DNA of 64,000 bases, taken from contig CAWANH010000029.1 of assembly GCA_963783375.1 (NCBI GenBank), forward strand, positions 1,376,001 through 1,440,000, in the 5' to 3' direction. The notes beneath the pieces were generated by a model. The model saw nothing but the letters and a program-made list of their open reading frames with translations, searched no databases and was not told the DNA's origin. The stretch's first letter is position 1. Every line of letters begins with the position of its first letter. Below, piece after piece: positions 10,605 to 21,744 of the stretch. Both the position numbers and the translations under genes were made by a program. This DNA comes from Candidatus Eiseniibacteriota bacterium. GTDB lineage: Bacteria; Eisenbacteria; RBG-16-71-46; JABDJR01.

Positions 10605-12821
10605 ATGATGGAGATCGTCATCTTCGGACGCGGCGGACAGGGGGGGGTGACCCTGGCCAAGCTGATCGCCACCTCCTACTTCCTCCAGGGGAAGTTCGCC
10701 CAGGCCTTCGGGGTGTACGCGGCAGAACGCTCGGGAGCGCCCCTGAACGCGTTCGTTCGGGTGGACGACGAGGAGATCACCAACCGGAACCAGATCTACC
10801 GACCCGATCACGTGATCGTGCTCGACCGGAGCTTGATCGGGGAAAGGATCGTGACCGGGCTCAAGCCCGGCGGGTGGATTCTCCTCAACAGCACCGAGTC
10901 GCCGGCCGCGTTCGCCGATCGGTTCCCCGGTTTTCACATCGCCACCGTGGACGCCACCGGCATTGCGGTCGAGAACCGGCTCGGCACCCGCGCCACGCCC
11001 ATCGTGAACACCACGCTGCTCGGAGCGGTGGCTCGCATGTTCGGGGTCTCCATGGAATCGGCCCGGGCCGCGATCGAGAACCTGGGCTTCGGCGGGGCCA
11101 ACCTCACCGCCGCCCAGTCCGCCTTCGACCGGGTGGCCACCGGCGGCCGACCCGATGCCGCGCCGGCCAAGGCGCCGGCCGCGACGAAGGCCGCCCGCGC
11201 CACCAGCATCCTGGACCCCGCGGTGGGGGCGCCCCCCGCGGTCAAGACCGGCTCCTGGGCCACCCAGCGTCCGCGGCGCCGGGAGTGGACCCCGCCCTGC
11301 AACGACGGGTGCCTGGCCGGAAACGACATCCGTGGCTTCGTGGCCGCGGTCGGGGACGAGGACTACGACCGGGCCCTGGCCGTGCTCCACGAGGTCTCCC
11401 CCTTCCCCGGGGTGTGCGGGCGGGTTTGCCCGGCCCCCTGCATGGAGGCCTGTCATCGCCACGATCTCGACGAGTCGGTGAACATCCGCGAGCTGGAGCG
11501 GTTCGTGGGGGACCATGGAAAATCGACGGTGGTCCGGGAGCCCGAGCGCCTGGAGTCGGTGGCGGTGGTGGGCTCGGGACCGGGCGGCCTGACCGCGGCC
11601 TATACCCTGGGACGCCTCGGCTACCGGGTCACGGTGTACGAGGCCCTGGCCGACCTCGGCGGGGTGATGCGAACCGGCATCCCCGCCTACCGGCTCCCTC
11701 CGGAGATCCTGGATCGCGAGATCGACTTCATCCTCGAGCACGGGGTCAAGACGCGCACGAACCAGCACGTGGACCGGAACCGGCTCCTGGAGCTCACCTA
11801 CGAGCATGACGCGGTGTTCGTGGCCACCGGCCTCCAGGAATCCCGCGCGTTGAACCTGGGGGTCGAGGACCCCGACCGGATCATGCAGGGGATCACCTTC
11901 CTGGACGAGGCGCGACTGGGAAAGGTCCGGATGGACGGCGACATCGTGGTGGTGTTCGGCGGCGGAAACACCGCCATGGACGCCGCCCGCACCGCCCTCC
12001 GGTTGGGTGCGCGGCAGGTTCGGATCCTCTACCGGAGGACCCGGGCGGAGATGCCGGCCATCGCGGAGGAGATCGACGAGGCCCTCGAGGAGGGAATCGA
12101 TCTCCAGGAGCTCACCGCTCCGATCCGGATGAAGAAGACCCACGAGGGTCTCTCGGTGACCTGCCAGCGCATGGTGCTGGGGGAGCCCGACGAGAGCGGC
12201 CGTCGCCGTCCGGTTCCCGCCACCGGCCCGGGCTCGGAGTTCAACGTGGACTGCACCCGGGCGATCCTGGCCCTCGGCCAGAGCGGCGATCTCACGATCT
12301 TCCCCGAGGGCTCGGAGATCAAGAAGGAGAAGGTGCTCCTGGGCTTGGTCGGGGCGCCGGTCTTCGCCGGCGGCGACCTCTCCACCAACGAGGGGACGGT
12401 GGCCGCGGCCATCGCCAGCGGACGGACGGCCGCCTTCCACATCCACCGGACCCTGAGCGGGGAGGACCTCTTCCCCGCGGCGGATCGCGAGGTGATCCCC
12501 GCCGATGAGATGCGGTTCAACCGCTTCGAGCGGGCCCCGCGCCGGCAGGTGACCACCGTCCCGGTGGCGGAACGGCTCCAGCAGGGGTTCATCGAGGTGC
12601 GCCGCGGATTCGGCGACTCCACCGCCGAGGCCCTGGCCGAGGCCGGCCGCTGCCTGAGCTGCGGATCCTGCAACGAGTGCGACGTCTGCCGCGAGTATTG
12701 TCCCGAGGGGGTGCTGGTGCGGGAGAAGGATTTCTACGCCTTCGACTACGACTACTGCAAGGGATGCGGGCTCTGCGCCTACGAATGTCCCCGCGGCGTG
12801 GTCTACATGGAGCAGATGTAG
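10605..12821 (+). CDS. Fusion of 2-oxoacid:acceptor oxidoreductase gamma subunit, GltD/NfnB-like FAD/NAD(P)H oxidoreductase and 2x[4Fe-4S] delta-like domain
   Basis: N-terminal GRGGQGGVT/AERSGAP; central GVCGRVCPAPCMEAC, GSGPGG and GGGNTAMD; C-terminal CxxCxxCxxxCP and CKGCGLCAYECP. Confidence 0.88.
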   Translation: MMEIVIFGRGGQGGVTLAKLIATSYFLQGKFAQAFGVYAAERSGAPLNAFVRVDDEEITNRNQIYRPDHVIVLDRSLIGERIVTGLKPGGWILLNSTESPAAFADRFPGFHIATVDATGIAVENRLGTRATPIVNTTLLGAVARMFGVSMESARAAIENLGFGGANLTAAQSAFDRVATGGRPDAAPAKAPAATKAARATSILDPAVGAPPAVKTGSWATQRPRRREWTPPCNDGCLAGNDIRGFVAAVGDEDYDRALAVLHEVSPFPGVCGRVCPAPCMEACHRHDLDESVNIRELERFVGDHGKSTVVREPERLESVAVVGSGPGGLTAAYTLGRLGYRVTVYEALADLGGVMRTGIPAYRLPPEILDREIDFILEHGVKTRTNQHVDRNRLLELTYEHDAVFVATGLQESRALNLGVEDPDRIMQGITFLDEARLGKVRMDGDIVVVFGGGNTAMDAARTALRLGARQVRILYRRTRAEMPAIAEEIDEALEEGIDLQELTAPIRMKKTHEGLSVTCQRMVLGEPDESGRRRPVPATGPGSEFNVDCTRAILALGQSGDLTIFPEGSEIKKEKVLLGLVGAPVFAGGDLSTNEGTVAAAIASGRTAAFHIHRTLSGEDLFPAADREVIPADEMRFNRFERAPRRQVTTVPVAERLQQGFIEVRRGFGDSTAEALAEAGRCLSCGSCNECDVCREYCPEGVLVREKDFYAFDYDYCKGCGLCAYECPRGVVYMEQM

Positions 12822-12870
12822 CCGGGCCGTTCATGGCGCCCATGAATTGTCCGGACCAAGGGAGGTCGGC

Positions 12871-14046
12871 ATGACGAAGAAACTGTCCACCGGGAACCAC
12901 GTGGCGGGCACGGTCCTGGCCATGGCCGGCGAGGCCAATCGAAACGCCCGGGGGTGCGCGGCGGGGGCCTACCCCATCACCCCCCAGACCGAGGTGGTGG
13001 AGGTCCTCAGGGCGTTCAAATTCACCAAGGGGGCCGTGGTCCCGGTGGAGTCCGAGCACAGCGCCATGGGGGTGTGCATCGGGGCCTCGGTGGCCGGAGC
13101 GCGAAGCTTCACCGCCAGCTCCTCGAACGGGCTCGCCTACATGAACGAAAACGTGTTCAACGCGGGCTATTACCGCCTGCCCATCGTGCTGATCGCGGTG
13201 AACCGGACCATGGGCCCGCCCTGGAACATCTGGGCCGACCAGGGGGACAGCCTGGCCCTTCGGGACGTCGCCATGCTCCAGTTCTACTGCGAGGGACACC
13301 AGGACGTGGCCGACACCGTACTCCTGGCCTTCCGGGTGGCCGAGGATCCGCGGGTGCTCCTGCCGGCCATCGTGGCCTACGACGGCTTCATCATCTCCCA
13401 TACCGCGGCGCCGGTGGACGTCCCGTCCCAGGAGGACGTGGACCGCTACCTTCCCGAGCTGGACCTCCCCCACCGGTTGAGCCACGCCCATCCCGCCACC
13501 ATCGGCGGGCTCGCCTGGCCGGACCAGACCCTGGGTCACCGCCACGAACTCCAGGCGGCCATGGAGCGGGTCCCCGAGGTTCTGGAGGAGGCGCGCCAGG
13601 AGTTCAAGAAGGTGTTCGGCCGCCTTCCCGACGCGGCGGTCGAGCGGTTCCACACCGAGGACGCGGAGACGGTGCTGGTGGCCAGCAACACCATCGCCTC
13701 CACGGTGCGGAACGTGGTCACGGCCCGGCGGGCCAAGGGCGAGAAGATCGGCATGTTGAAGATCAAGCTCTTCCGGCCCTTCCCCCGGCAGGAGGTCGCC
13801 TGGTCGCTTCGGAACGCCCGGAAGGTGGCGGTTCTGGATCGGGACCACTCCCCCGGATCGGGGGGGATTTTCTGGCAGGAAACCGCGACCAGTTTGCGGG
13901 CGCGGGGAGAAAACCTCATCCTCCAGAATTACCTGGTGGGGCTGGGGGGCGGCGACGTCACCGCCCCCATGATCGAGGACATCATGCAGGACCTGGCCCG
14001 CCGCGACACTGAGAGCGAGCCGATCTGGAAGGGGGTGGCGGTATGA
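12871..14046 (+). CDS. porA: Pyruvate/2-oxoacid:ferredoxin oxidoreductase alpha subunit
   Basis: YPITPQT, ESEHSAM, TASSSNGL and FRPFP motifs; SD GGAGG before ATG 12871. Confidence 0.88.
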   Translation: MTKKLSTGNHVAGTVLAMAGEANRNARGCAAGAYPITPQTEVVEVLRAFKFTKGAVVPVESEHSAMGVCIGASVAGARSFTASSSNGLAYMNENVFNAGYYRLPIVLIAVNRTMGPPWNIWADQGDSLALRDVAMLQFYCEGHQDVADTVLLAFRVAEDPRVLLPAIVAYDGFIISHTAAPVDVPSQEDVDRYLPELDLPHRLSHAHPATIGGLAWPDQTLGHRHELQAAMERVPEVLEEARQEFKKVFGRLPDAAVERFHTEDAETVLVASNTIASTVRNVVTARRAKGEKIGMLKIKLFRPFPRQEVAWSLRNARKVAVLDRDHSPGSGGIFWQETATSLRARGENLILQNYLVGLGGGDVTAPMIEDIMQDLARRDTESEPIWKGVAV

Positions 14047-14948
14047 AGACCACCGAACGCGAGTCGGCGGTCGACTTCGACGCCATGAAGGAGTTGATGC
14101 TCCGGCCCGGAAACACCAACTGCGCGGGCTGCGGGATGTCGGTCTCCCACCAGTGGCTTCAGAAGGCCATGGGGGACACCCCGATCACCCTGGCCATTCC
14201 CGCCTGCTGCGGGATCGTGACCGCGGGGGCCTTTCCCACCTCGGCCTACGGGGTGCCGGTGGTGGCCACCACCTTCGGTTCCGCGGCGTCGGTGGCCACG
14301 GGGATCCGGCAGGTCCAGCTCATGAACGGGGACGAAGGGGAGACGATCTGCTGGGCGGGAGACGGCGGCACCTACGACATCGGCATGGCCACCATCTCGG
14401 CGGCGGCGGAGCGGAACGAGGACCTGATCTATATCTGCTACGACAACGAGATCTACGGGAATACCGGCGGCCAGCGCTCGAGCGCCACTCCCGAGGGGGC
14501 GGTGACCAGCACCACTCCCTACGGAAAGGTCGAGGCCAAGAAGGACATCATGGCGATCCTGGCCGCCCACCGCATCCCCTACGCGGCCACTCTCTCCCTG
14601 GCCCACAGGGAGGACTTCCTGCGGAAGCTCAAAATGGCCAAGGAGATCCGCGGCTTCCGCTTCTTCCTCATCCACTCCCCCTGCCCCACCGGCTGGAAGT
14701 CCGAGCCGGCGATGAGCGTGGAGCTGGTGCGGCTGGCGGTGGCCAGCGGCCTCTTCCCGCTCTACGAGATCTTCGACGGACGCCGCTACCGGATCAACGC
14801 CCAGCCCGACGGCACGCCCCTGGAGGAGTACTTCAACCTCCAGGGCCGGTTCAAGAAGGGCACGGTGGACCTGGAGCGGGTGCGGACGGCCGTCCACCGG
14901 AACTGGGACACGCTCTCGCGGATGGAGGCGGCGTTTCCGGTGGAGTAG
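14043..14948 (+). CDS. porB: Pyruvate/2-oxoacid:ferredoxin oxidoreductase beta subunit (TPP-binding)
   Basis: CAGCG, GDGGTYDIG, DNEIYGNTGGQ and SPCPTGW motifs. Confidence 0.9.
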   Translation: MKTTERESAVDFDAMKELMLRPGNTNCAGCGMSVSHQWLQKAMGDTPITLAIPACCGIVTAGAFPTSAYGVPVVATTFGSAASVATGIRQVQLMNGDEGETICWAGDGGTYDIGMATISAAAERNEDLIYICYDNEIYGNTGGQRSSATPEGAVTSTTPYGKVEAKKDIMAILAAHRIPYAATLSLAHREDFLRKLKMAKEIRGFRFFLIHSPCPTGWKSEPAMSVELVRLAVASGLFPLYEIFDGRRYRINAQPDGTPLEEYFNLQGRFKKGTVDLERVRTAVHRNWDTLSRMEAAFPVE

Positions 14949-15128
14949 ACGCTCCCGCGGATCCTATAGCTCCGGCACCGGCAGGGGTGCTGCCCCCGCC
15001 GGGGTCGGAAAGCTTCATTGTGAGCGGTCGAGTAATCTGACATAATTGGTCTGTTCTTTTCCTTCCTCTAGGTCAGACGCTGCCCGGGCCGGGTACCTCT
15101 CCGCCGGCCTGTGAATCCGGAGGACCCC

Positions 15129-18100
15129 ATGCGCTTCGCCCCCCCCCGCCCCGCAAGGCTGCTCTTCACCCTCCTCATGGCCGGCGCCCTGCTGGGATGG
15201 TCCCAGGCCCGTGCCCAGGAAGAAGGGAAGGCCGACCAGCCGCCCCTCAGCGTGGCGACGCCGGGCACGGTCGCCGAAGCGACTCCGATCACCGCCGAGG
15301 CCTCGGCGGTGGTGAACTTCGGCGAGCTGGCCAGGCAGGCGGCCCGGAGCCCGGCCCAGAACCGGCCGGTCCGCACCTGGATGCCGCGGGAATTCGAGGC
15401 GCCCCCCGAGCCCTACTTTCCTCCCGCCCCGGAGAGCCGGCTCCTCTCCATGCCGGGGATTCCCCTGGCCCCGTCCCCGCTTCCCACCACCAGCTTCAAA
15501 GGCCTGGACGACGTCCCCATGGCCGACTCGAGCTACATCGTGATCCCTCCCGACGTCGGCGGCGCGGTGGGGCCGGACCGGGTCATGTGCGGCTTCAACA
15601 ACAACTACCGGATCTTCAACAAGTCGACGGGGGCGATCGTCAGCACGCTGGGAACGGCGACTTTCTGGGCCGCGGTGGTGGCGCCCTCCGAGCGGCTGTC
15701 CCTCACCGACCCGCGCACCATCTACGACCCCTACAACGACCGATGGATCGCGGTGATGCAGACGGTGACATCCGGCGCCGGGAAGATCCTGGTCGGGGTG
15801 TCCCAGACCAGCGATCCCGCCGGCTCCTGGTACCTCTACTCGTTCAATAGCGGGGCCACCATCGATTTCCCGAACCTCGGGTTCAACAAGAACTGGATCT
15901 CGGTGGCGATCAACCGCTACAGCTTCATCGGCACGTTCCAGCGGGGCATCAATCTCGTCGTGGACTATCCCTCCGCCCGCGCCGGCACCGGTTCGGGGAC
16001 CCTGGTCACGATGAGCGCGAACTCGCACTTCTGCAGCGGGCCCTGCGCCACCTATTCGGCGACGGAGGAGACGCTGTACGTGGTGACCCACCTGAGCAGC
16101 TCTGGCGCGACCTACGAGCTGGACACGATCACCGGCACCCCGGGTTCACCGACTTACACCAACGGGGGCTCCCACACCCGCACCGGCGGAGGCTGGGCCC
16201 AGGCGAGCGGAAACGCGCTTCCCCAGTCGGCCCCCAACTCCGGCTCCAGCGCCTGCGGCTCCACCCCCTGCCGGATCGAGGCCCAGGACGCCTACATCCG
16301 CGCCTGCCCCACCTACCGGGACGGTTCCATCTACTACGCCCAGACCGTGGGTCTCCCCTCCTCGGGCTACACGCACACCGCCGCCCAGTGGACGAAGATC
16401 GCCGCTCCGAGCGGCGCCTACGTGGACGGCGGACGGGTCGAGGACCCCACCGCCAACGCCACCAACGGCGGAAAGTGGTACTCCCATACCCAGATCGCGG
16501 TGAACGCCACCGGCAGCTTCATGCTGGCCTACACCCAGTTCTCCTCGACCCAGCACCCCTCGGCGGGTTACTCCATGCACGTGGCCGGCGACGCGGCGGG
16601 AACTCTCCGTGATCCCCAGGTCTACCACGCGGGCGAGGACTACTATCACAAGACCTTTTCCACCGCCAACGGCCGGAACCGCTGGGGAGACTTCAGCACC
16701 GCGCAGGTCGATCCGTCCGACGATCTGACCCTGTGGGCGCTTCAGGAGTACGGCGGGACGCGCCCCGGCACCGACGACGGCAACACCGGCGCGAACTCCA
16801 GCCGGTGGAGCAGCTGGTGGGCGGGGGTGGGCACGTCCTTCACCATCACCGCCTCGGCGGGGGCGGGCGGCTCCATCAGCCCGAACGGGGCGGTGACCGT
16901 CGCCGACGGGGCGGATCAGGCGTTCACGATCACCCCCGACACCTGCTACACCGTGCTGGACGTGCTGGTGGACGGGGGCTCGGTCGGGCCGGTCACCGAT
17001 TACACCTTCCCCGCCGTGAGCGCCGAGCCACACCATCAGCGCGTCGTTCGCGCCGACAAGCTATGCCATCGTGGCCTCCGCCGGCCCCGGGGGCTCCATC
17101 AGCCCCGTCGACACCGTCGCCGTGGCCTGCGGCGCCGACCAGGCCTTCACCATCACTCCCGACACCTGCTACGCCGTGCTGGACGTGCTGGTGGACGGGG
17201 TGTCGGTGGGTCCGACGACGAGCTACACCTTCACCGCGGTGGATACGAGCCACACCATCAGCGCGTCGTTCGCGCCGACAAGCTATGCCATCGTGGCCTC
17301 CGCCGGCCCCGGGGGCTCCATCAGCCCCGTCGACACCGTCGCCGTGGCCTGCGGCGCCGACCAGGCCTTCACCATCACTCCCGACACCTGCTACGCCGTG
17401 CTGGACGTGCTGGTGGACGGGGTGTCGGTGGGTCCGACGACGAGCTACACCTTCACCGCGGTGGATACGAGCCACACCATCAGCGCGTCGTTCGCGCCGA
17501 CAAGCTATGCCATCGTGGCCTCCGCCGGCCCCGGGGGCTCCATCAGCCCCGTCGACACCGTGGCCGTGGCCTGCGGCGCCGACCAGGCCTTCACCATCAC
17601 TCCCGACACCTGCTACGCCGTGCTGGACGTGCTGGTGGACGGGGTGTCGGTGGGTCCGACGACGAGCTACACCTTCACCGCGGTGGATACGAGCCACACC
17701 ATCAGCGCGTCGTTCGCGCCGACAAGCTATGCCATCGTGGCCTCCGCCGGCCCCGGGGGCTCCATCAGCCCCGTCGACACCGTCGCCGTGGCCTGCGGCG
17801 CCGACCAGGCGTTCACCATCACCCCCGATCCGGGCTTCGGGGTTCTCGACGTGGCGGTGGACGGCGGCTCCGTCGGCGCGGACACGACCTACACCTTCGC
17901 CGACGTCACCGCCGACCACACCATCGACGCCGCCTTCGCCGACGTCGAGTGTCCGTCGGTGACCGTCCTCGCCCCGAACGGCGGGGAGATCCTGGTGACC
18001 GGAACCAACGCCGGCTTGAGCTGGAACGCGAGCGACAACATGGGGGTCACCTGCGTGGACGTGTTGCTCTCGCGGACCGGGGCCGCGGGGAGCTACGAGA

Positions 18101-18555
18101 CCCTGGCCAGCTGCGTCCCGGACAGCGGCAGCTATACGTGGGCGGTCACCGGTCCGGCCACCACGGACGCGGTGCTCAGGGTCGCGGCCCACGATGCGGC
18201 CGGAAACCAGTGCGAGGACGTCAGCGACACCACCTTCACGATCGAGGACGCCACCGGGGTGCCCGGAGAGCTTCCGGTCACCGCGCTGGCGCTGGAGGCG
18301 GTGGATCCCAACCCCACCCACGGCCAGGCGCGGATCCGGTTCAGCGTGCCGGTCGAGGCGCACGTTCGGGTACGGGTGTTCGATACCCTGGGTCGCACGG
18401 TGGCCACCCTCACCGATCGCGCGTACCCGCCGGGCCGCTACGAGGTGGCCTGGAACGGCGAGGGGGACGCGGGCCGGCCGGCATCCGGGATCTACTTCGT
18501 CCACCTCGAAACGCCGGGGGCAAAGCTGGTGCGGCGGGTGACCTTGATCCGGTAA
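15129..18555 (+). CDS. Large secreted protein with five divergent InlB-B-repeat-like domains and a C-terminal FlgD-Ig domain; one +1 frameshift near 17025
   Basis: Signal peptide; PPDVGGAVGP and RWGDFS motifs. The first frame is sensible up to YTFPAVSA and the next frame continues SHTISASF to the PNP...WNG...SGIYF C-terminus. Confidence 0.75.
17025..17820 (+). repeat. Tandem 222-bp (74-aa) intragenic repeat, 3 near-identical full copies plus a partial fourth
   Basis: GAGCCACACCATCAGC recurs at 17025, 17247, 17469 and 17691. Confidence 0.95.
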
Positions 18556-18639
18556 CCGCGGTCGCGGAATCTGCCGGGGCCCGGGCGTCGGGAATGGGGA
18601 GCTGCTTCCCGCCCGGCCCGCGTGGCGGCCGCCGAGCCG

Positions 18640-20163
18640 TCACCCCGGCGGGGATTTCGGAGCAAACCCGGCGGGAACGAGCAACCCCTCGGCCAGTCCC
18701 TGGCGGACGAAGTCCAGCGCCGCCTCGCGATCCCCCCCGGCGCCGGAAGCGGGATCGGCGCGGTGGCGCTCGAGGGCCTCGGCCACCGATCCGGCCCCGC
18801 CCAGAAGCTCGAGGAGGCGCAGGGTGGCGGGATTGAGCTCCCCCTCCACCCCGATCGCCCCGGGGGCGAAGCGGACGGTGAGGGCGGGGTCCACCGCCCC
18901 GGGCGCGGAACGGACCTCCACGAAGCGGGCCCCCGGCGACGGCCGGACCGCCGCTCGCAGAAGCGCCCCGGAATCGGCGGTGGCCAGGTCCAGGGATGCA
19001 AAGAGCACTTCGATCGCCGCCGGTCCGATCCCGGCCAGCGTGCGAACCGGAAGCTGAATACCGAACCGGCCCCCCGGATTTCCGTCCCGGCCGGCACGGA
19101 GGAGCGCCAGGGCCTGGTGGAACTCGGTGATGCCCCAGAGATCTATGTGCTCGCGGTAGCGACGCGCGGATTCGGCGTAGGCGGCGCCCAGGGTCGGGTC
19201 CTCGAGGGCCGCATACCCCAGGGCGATCGCGTCCGGGGAGGGCGCGCGCGTGGTCAAGAGCGCCAGGTCCAGGGGAGCCCCGTCCAGCCAGCCTCGGACC
19301 CGGTCGTGGATCTGCTCGTCGGGTCCCACCGCCGCGTCGAAGCGGACCGCGGCCCATCCCCCGGGGGCCAGGGCCTCGGAGAGGACGGACACCAGCCGCC
19401 CCACGATCGCGTCCCCCCGGGGACCTCCGTGGACGTAGGTCACCGCCTCCTGGCTCTCGGGCTGGATGACGAAGGGGGGCTGGGCGATCACCACGTCGAA
19501 GCGCCGTCCCCGCACCGGCTCCAGGAGGTCCCCGGTGTCGAACTCGGCCGGCAACCGGTTGAGCGCGGCGTTGACCCGGCCCATGGCCGTGGCCCGCGGG
19601 TTCAGGTCCGTGCCCATCGCGTCCGCCCCCCGGCGGGCGGCGAAGAGGGCCAGCGCTCCCGCCCCGCACCCCAGGTCCAGGAACCGCCCCTCAATTCGCT
19701 CGGGGAGGAGGCGGGCCAGGGCCATCGTCGCCGGGCCGGCGCCCATGACCGCGTCCCGGCCGGCGGCCGGGTCGTCGCTGAACACCCACACGTCCCCGAA
19801 CGGGAGGAGTCGGAAGCGCGCGCGAAGAGCATCGCCCTCCGCGACCAGGACCCCGGCGTCGAGGAGGGCGGACACCGTCTCCGGGCCCAGCGCATCGTGA
19901 ACCGAGGCGGCCGGAGGCATCCCGTCGTAGACGAAGAGAAGCGCGAGGCGGGCGGCGGGCGTCCCGTTTCGCTCCAGGGCGCGGTGAACCAGGGGGAGCC
20001 GGAGCCGGTCGACGAGATTGGGGGCCACCCGCTCCCCCTCCCCCAGGATGTGGTCGTCGTAGCCGGCGGTGCGCAGGGCATCCCCGAAGGCGGCCAGCGC
20101 CTCCGGCGCGAGCCCGGTCAGGCACGAGATGGGGGCGGGCCCCCGTCGTTCTTCCATGAGCAT
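18640..20163 (-). CDS. HemK/MTS-like class I methyltransferase with C-terminal winged-helix-like domain
   Basis: LDLGCGAG, TDLNPRA and FDVVIAQPPF (NPPF-like); start uncertain (20163 or 20157). Confidence 0.8.
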   Translation of the reverse strand: MLMEERRGPAPISCLTGLAPEALAAFGDALRTAGYDDHILGEGERVAPNLVDRLRLPLVHRALERNGTPAARLALLFVYDGMPPAASVHDALGPETVSALLDAGVLVAEGDALRARFRLLPFGDVWVFSDDPAAGRDAVMGAGPATMALARLLPERIEGRFLDLGCGAGALALFAARRGADAMGTDLNPRATAMGRVNAALNRLPAEFDTGDLLEPVRGRRFDVVIAQPPFVIQPESQEAVTYVHGGPRGDAIVGRLVSVLSEALAPGGWAAVRFDAAVGPDEQIHDRVRGWLDGAPLDLALLTTRAPSPDAIALGYAALEDPTLGAAYAESARRYREHIDLWGITEFHQALALLRAGRDGNPGGRFGIQLPVRTLAGIGPAAIEVLFASLDLATADSGALLRAAVRPSPGARFVEVRSAPGAVDPALTVRFAPGAIGVEGELNPATLRLLELLGGAGSVAEALERHRADPASGAGGDREAALDFVRQGLAEGLLVPAGFAPKSPPG

Positions 20164-20221
20164 GGTTCCTTGGGTTTCGCGGGCATCCGGAACGGGCCGG
20201 GAGCCGGCCGCTCCTTGCCGC

Positions 20222-21559
20222 CTAGCTCGGGGGTTCCGTTTCGGCAACCAGGGCCCGGTATCGGGGATGATCATGGAGCAACACGAGGTCCGGGTCGTTC
20301 CGCATCCACTCCCGCCAGAGTTCCCCGTGAGCCACCGTCTTGGTCAGGCAATCGAGCGCCTTGTCGAACAGCCCCTGAAGCGTGTAGACGCAGGCCACGT
20401 TGTAGAGAACCTGAGGCTCATCGGGATCGATGGCCAGCGCGCGGTCGGCCCATTCCAGGGCCAGGTCCCGACGCTCCCCGATCTGGCAATAGGCGATGGC
20501 GCTGAAGTACAGGGCGCGGGTGTCCCCGGGATTCACTTCCAGGTGCTTCTGGGCCAGATCCACCGCCGACCGGTAGGCCGCGTCGGACTCCGCCTTCAGA
20601 CCCAGGCCCCGAAGTGCGCTCCCCAGGAGAGTCGGCGCCTGGTAGTCCTCGGGCCGGGCCTCGCTGGCCCGCCGAAACCAGTACACCGCCCGATCCGTCC
20701 TTCCCTGTGCGTAGTACCCCCGGGCGAAGAAGTAGTAGGCCTCGAACAGCGAAGGGTTCAACCGGATGGCGGCCCGGAACTCCAGCTCGGCGGCCGCGTG
20801 ATCGCGCCGGAGCGAGATCGCCACCCCCCGGGCCACGTGGGCTTCGGCCAGCTCCGCGTCGAGCTCCACCGCCTTCCGGCTGGCCCGGTCGGCCTCGGCT
20901 ATCACCTCTTCGCTGGAAGCCCAGAACATGCACAGATAGGAGCAGCAATCGGCCAACCCGGCGTAGGCCCCCGCATACCCGGGATCGATCTCGATCGCCC
21001 GCTCGAACTCCGCCCGGGCGACCTCGATGCTCTTCCGCCGGAACTGCCGGAAGTGCTGGCGTCCGCGCAGATAGTAATCGTAGGCATCGACCTTGGTGGT
21101 GGGGACCTTGCGGATCGCCCGCTTCTCCTCGTCGCTGATCATGACGCTGAGCGTGCGGGAGATGGTCTCGGCGATCTCCTTCTGGATCGAGAACACGTCC
21201 TTGATCTCGCGATCGAAGCGTTCCGCCCAGAGGGTGAGACCGGTCCGGGTCTCCACCAGCTCCACGGACAGCCGCAGGTGGTTCTTGGCCCGGCGGAGGC
21301 TTCCGTCCAGGACGGAGGCCACATTCAACCTGCGGCCGATCTCGACCGCGGGAACGGAGCGGTCCTTGAACGGTCGAACCGCGGAGGAGGAGGCCACCGA
21401 GAACCCGCTGATCCGCGACAACTCGATGATGATGTCCTCGGTCACACCGTCCCGGAAGTACTCGTCCTTCTTCGACCCGCTCAGATCATTGAAATACAGA
21501 ATCGCCAGCGATTTCCCGGGCCTCGCCGGCCCGGGTTCCGCCGACCAGGGCGTCTCCAT
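20222..21559 (-). CDS. TolB-N-like plus TPR-repeat protein
   Basis: SLAILYFNDLS...YFRDGVTEDII...LDGSLRR followed by multiple TPRs; SD GGAGAGG before ATG 21559. Confidence 0.8.
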   Translation of the reverse strand: METPWSAEPGPARPGKSLAILYFNDLSGSKKDEYFRDGVTEDIIIELSRISGFSVASSSAVRPFKDRSVPAVEIGRRLNVASVLDGSLRRAKNHLRLSVELVETRTGLTLWAERFDREIKDVFSIQKEIAETISRTLSVMISDEEKRAIRKVPTTKVDAYDYYLRGRQHFRQFRRKSIEVARAEFERAIEIDPGYAGAYAGLADCCSYLCMFWASSEEVIAEADRASRKAVELDAELAEAHVARGVAISLRRDHAAAELEFRAAIRLNPSLFEAYYFFARGYYAQGRTDRAVYWFRRASEARPEDYQAPTLLGSALRGLGLKAESDAAYRSAVDLAQKHLEVNPGDTRALYFSAIAYCQIGERRDLALEWADRALAIDPDEPQVLYNVACVYTLQGLFDKALDCLTKTVAHGELWREWMRNDPDLVLLHDHPRYRALVAETEPPS

Positions 21560-21744
21560 CGCTCCTCTCCTTGCCCCCCGATCCGCCGCCACCGGCGTCC
21601 GGGGAGATCGCGGACCGAACGGGATGCGTCGGCCGGAGCCTCCGGGGGTCGGATACCGGTTCGATCTTAGCACCCGGCCCCGGCCCGCGCCTCCGGGCCG
21701 GCCCGTCACCGCGCTCCTCCGAGCGGCGGGCCCGGCAGACGGAG

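Noticed and set aside
17026-18836. His/Arg-rich repeat C-terminus of the 1241-aa ORF
   Set aside because: Out-of-frame read-through after the frameshift; the real domains are in the 17071-18555 frame.
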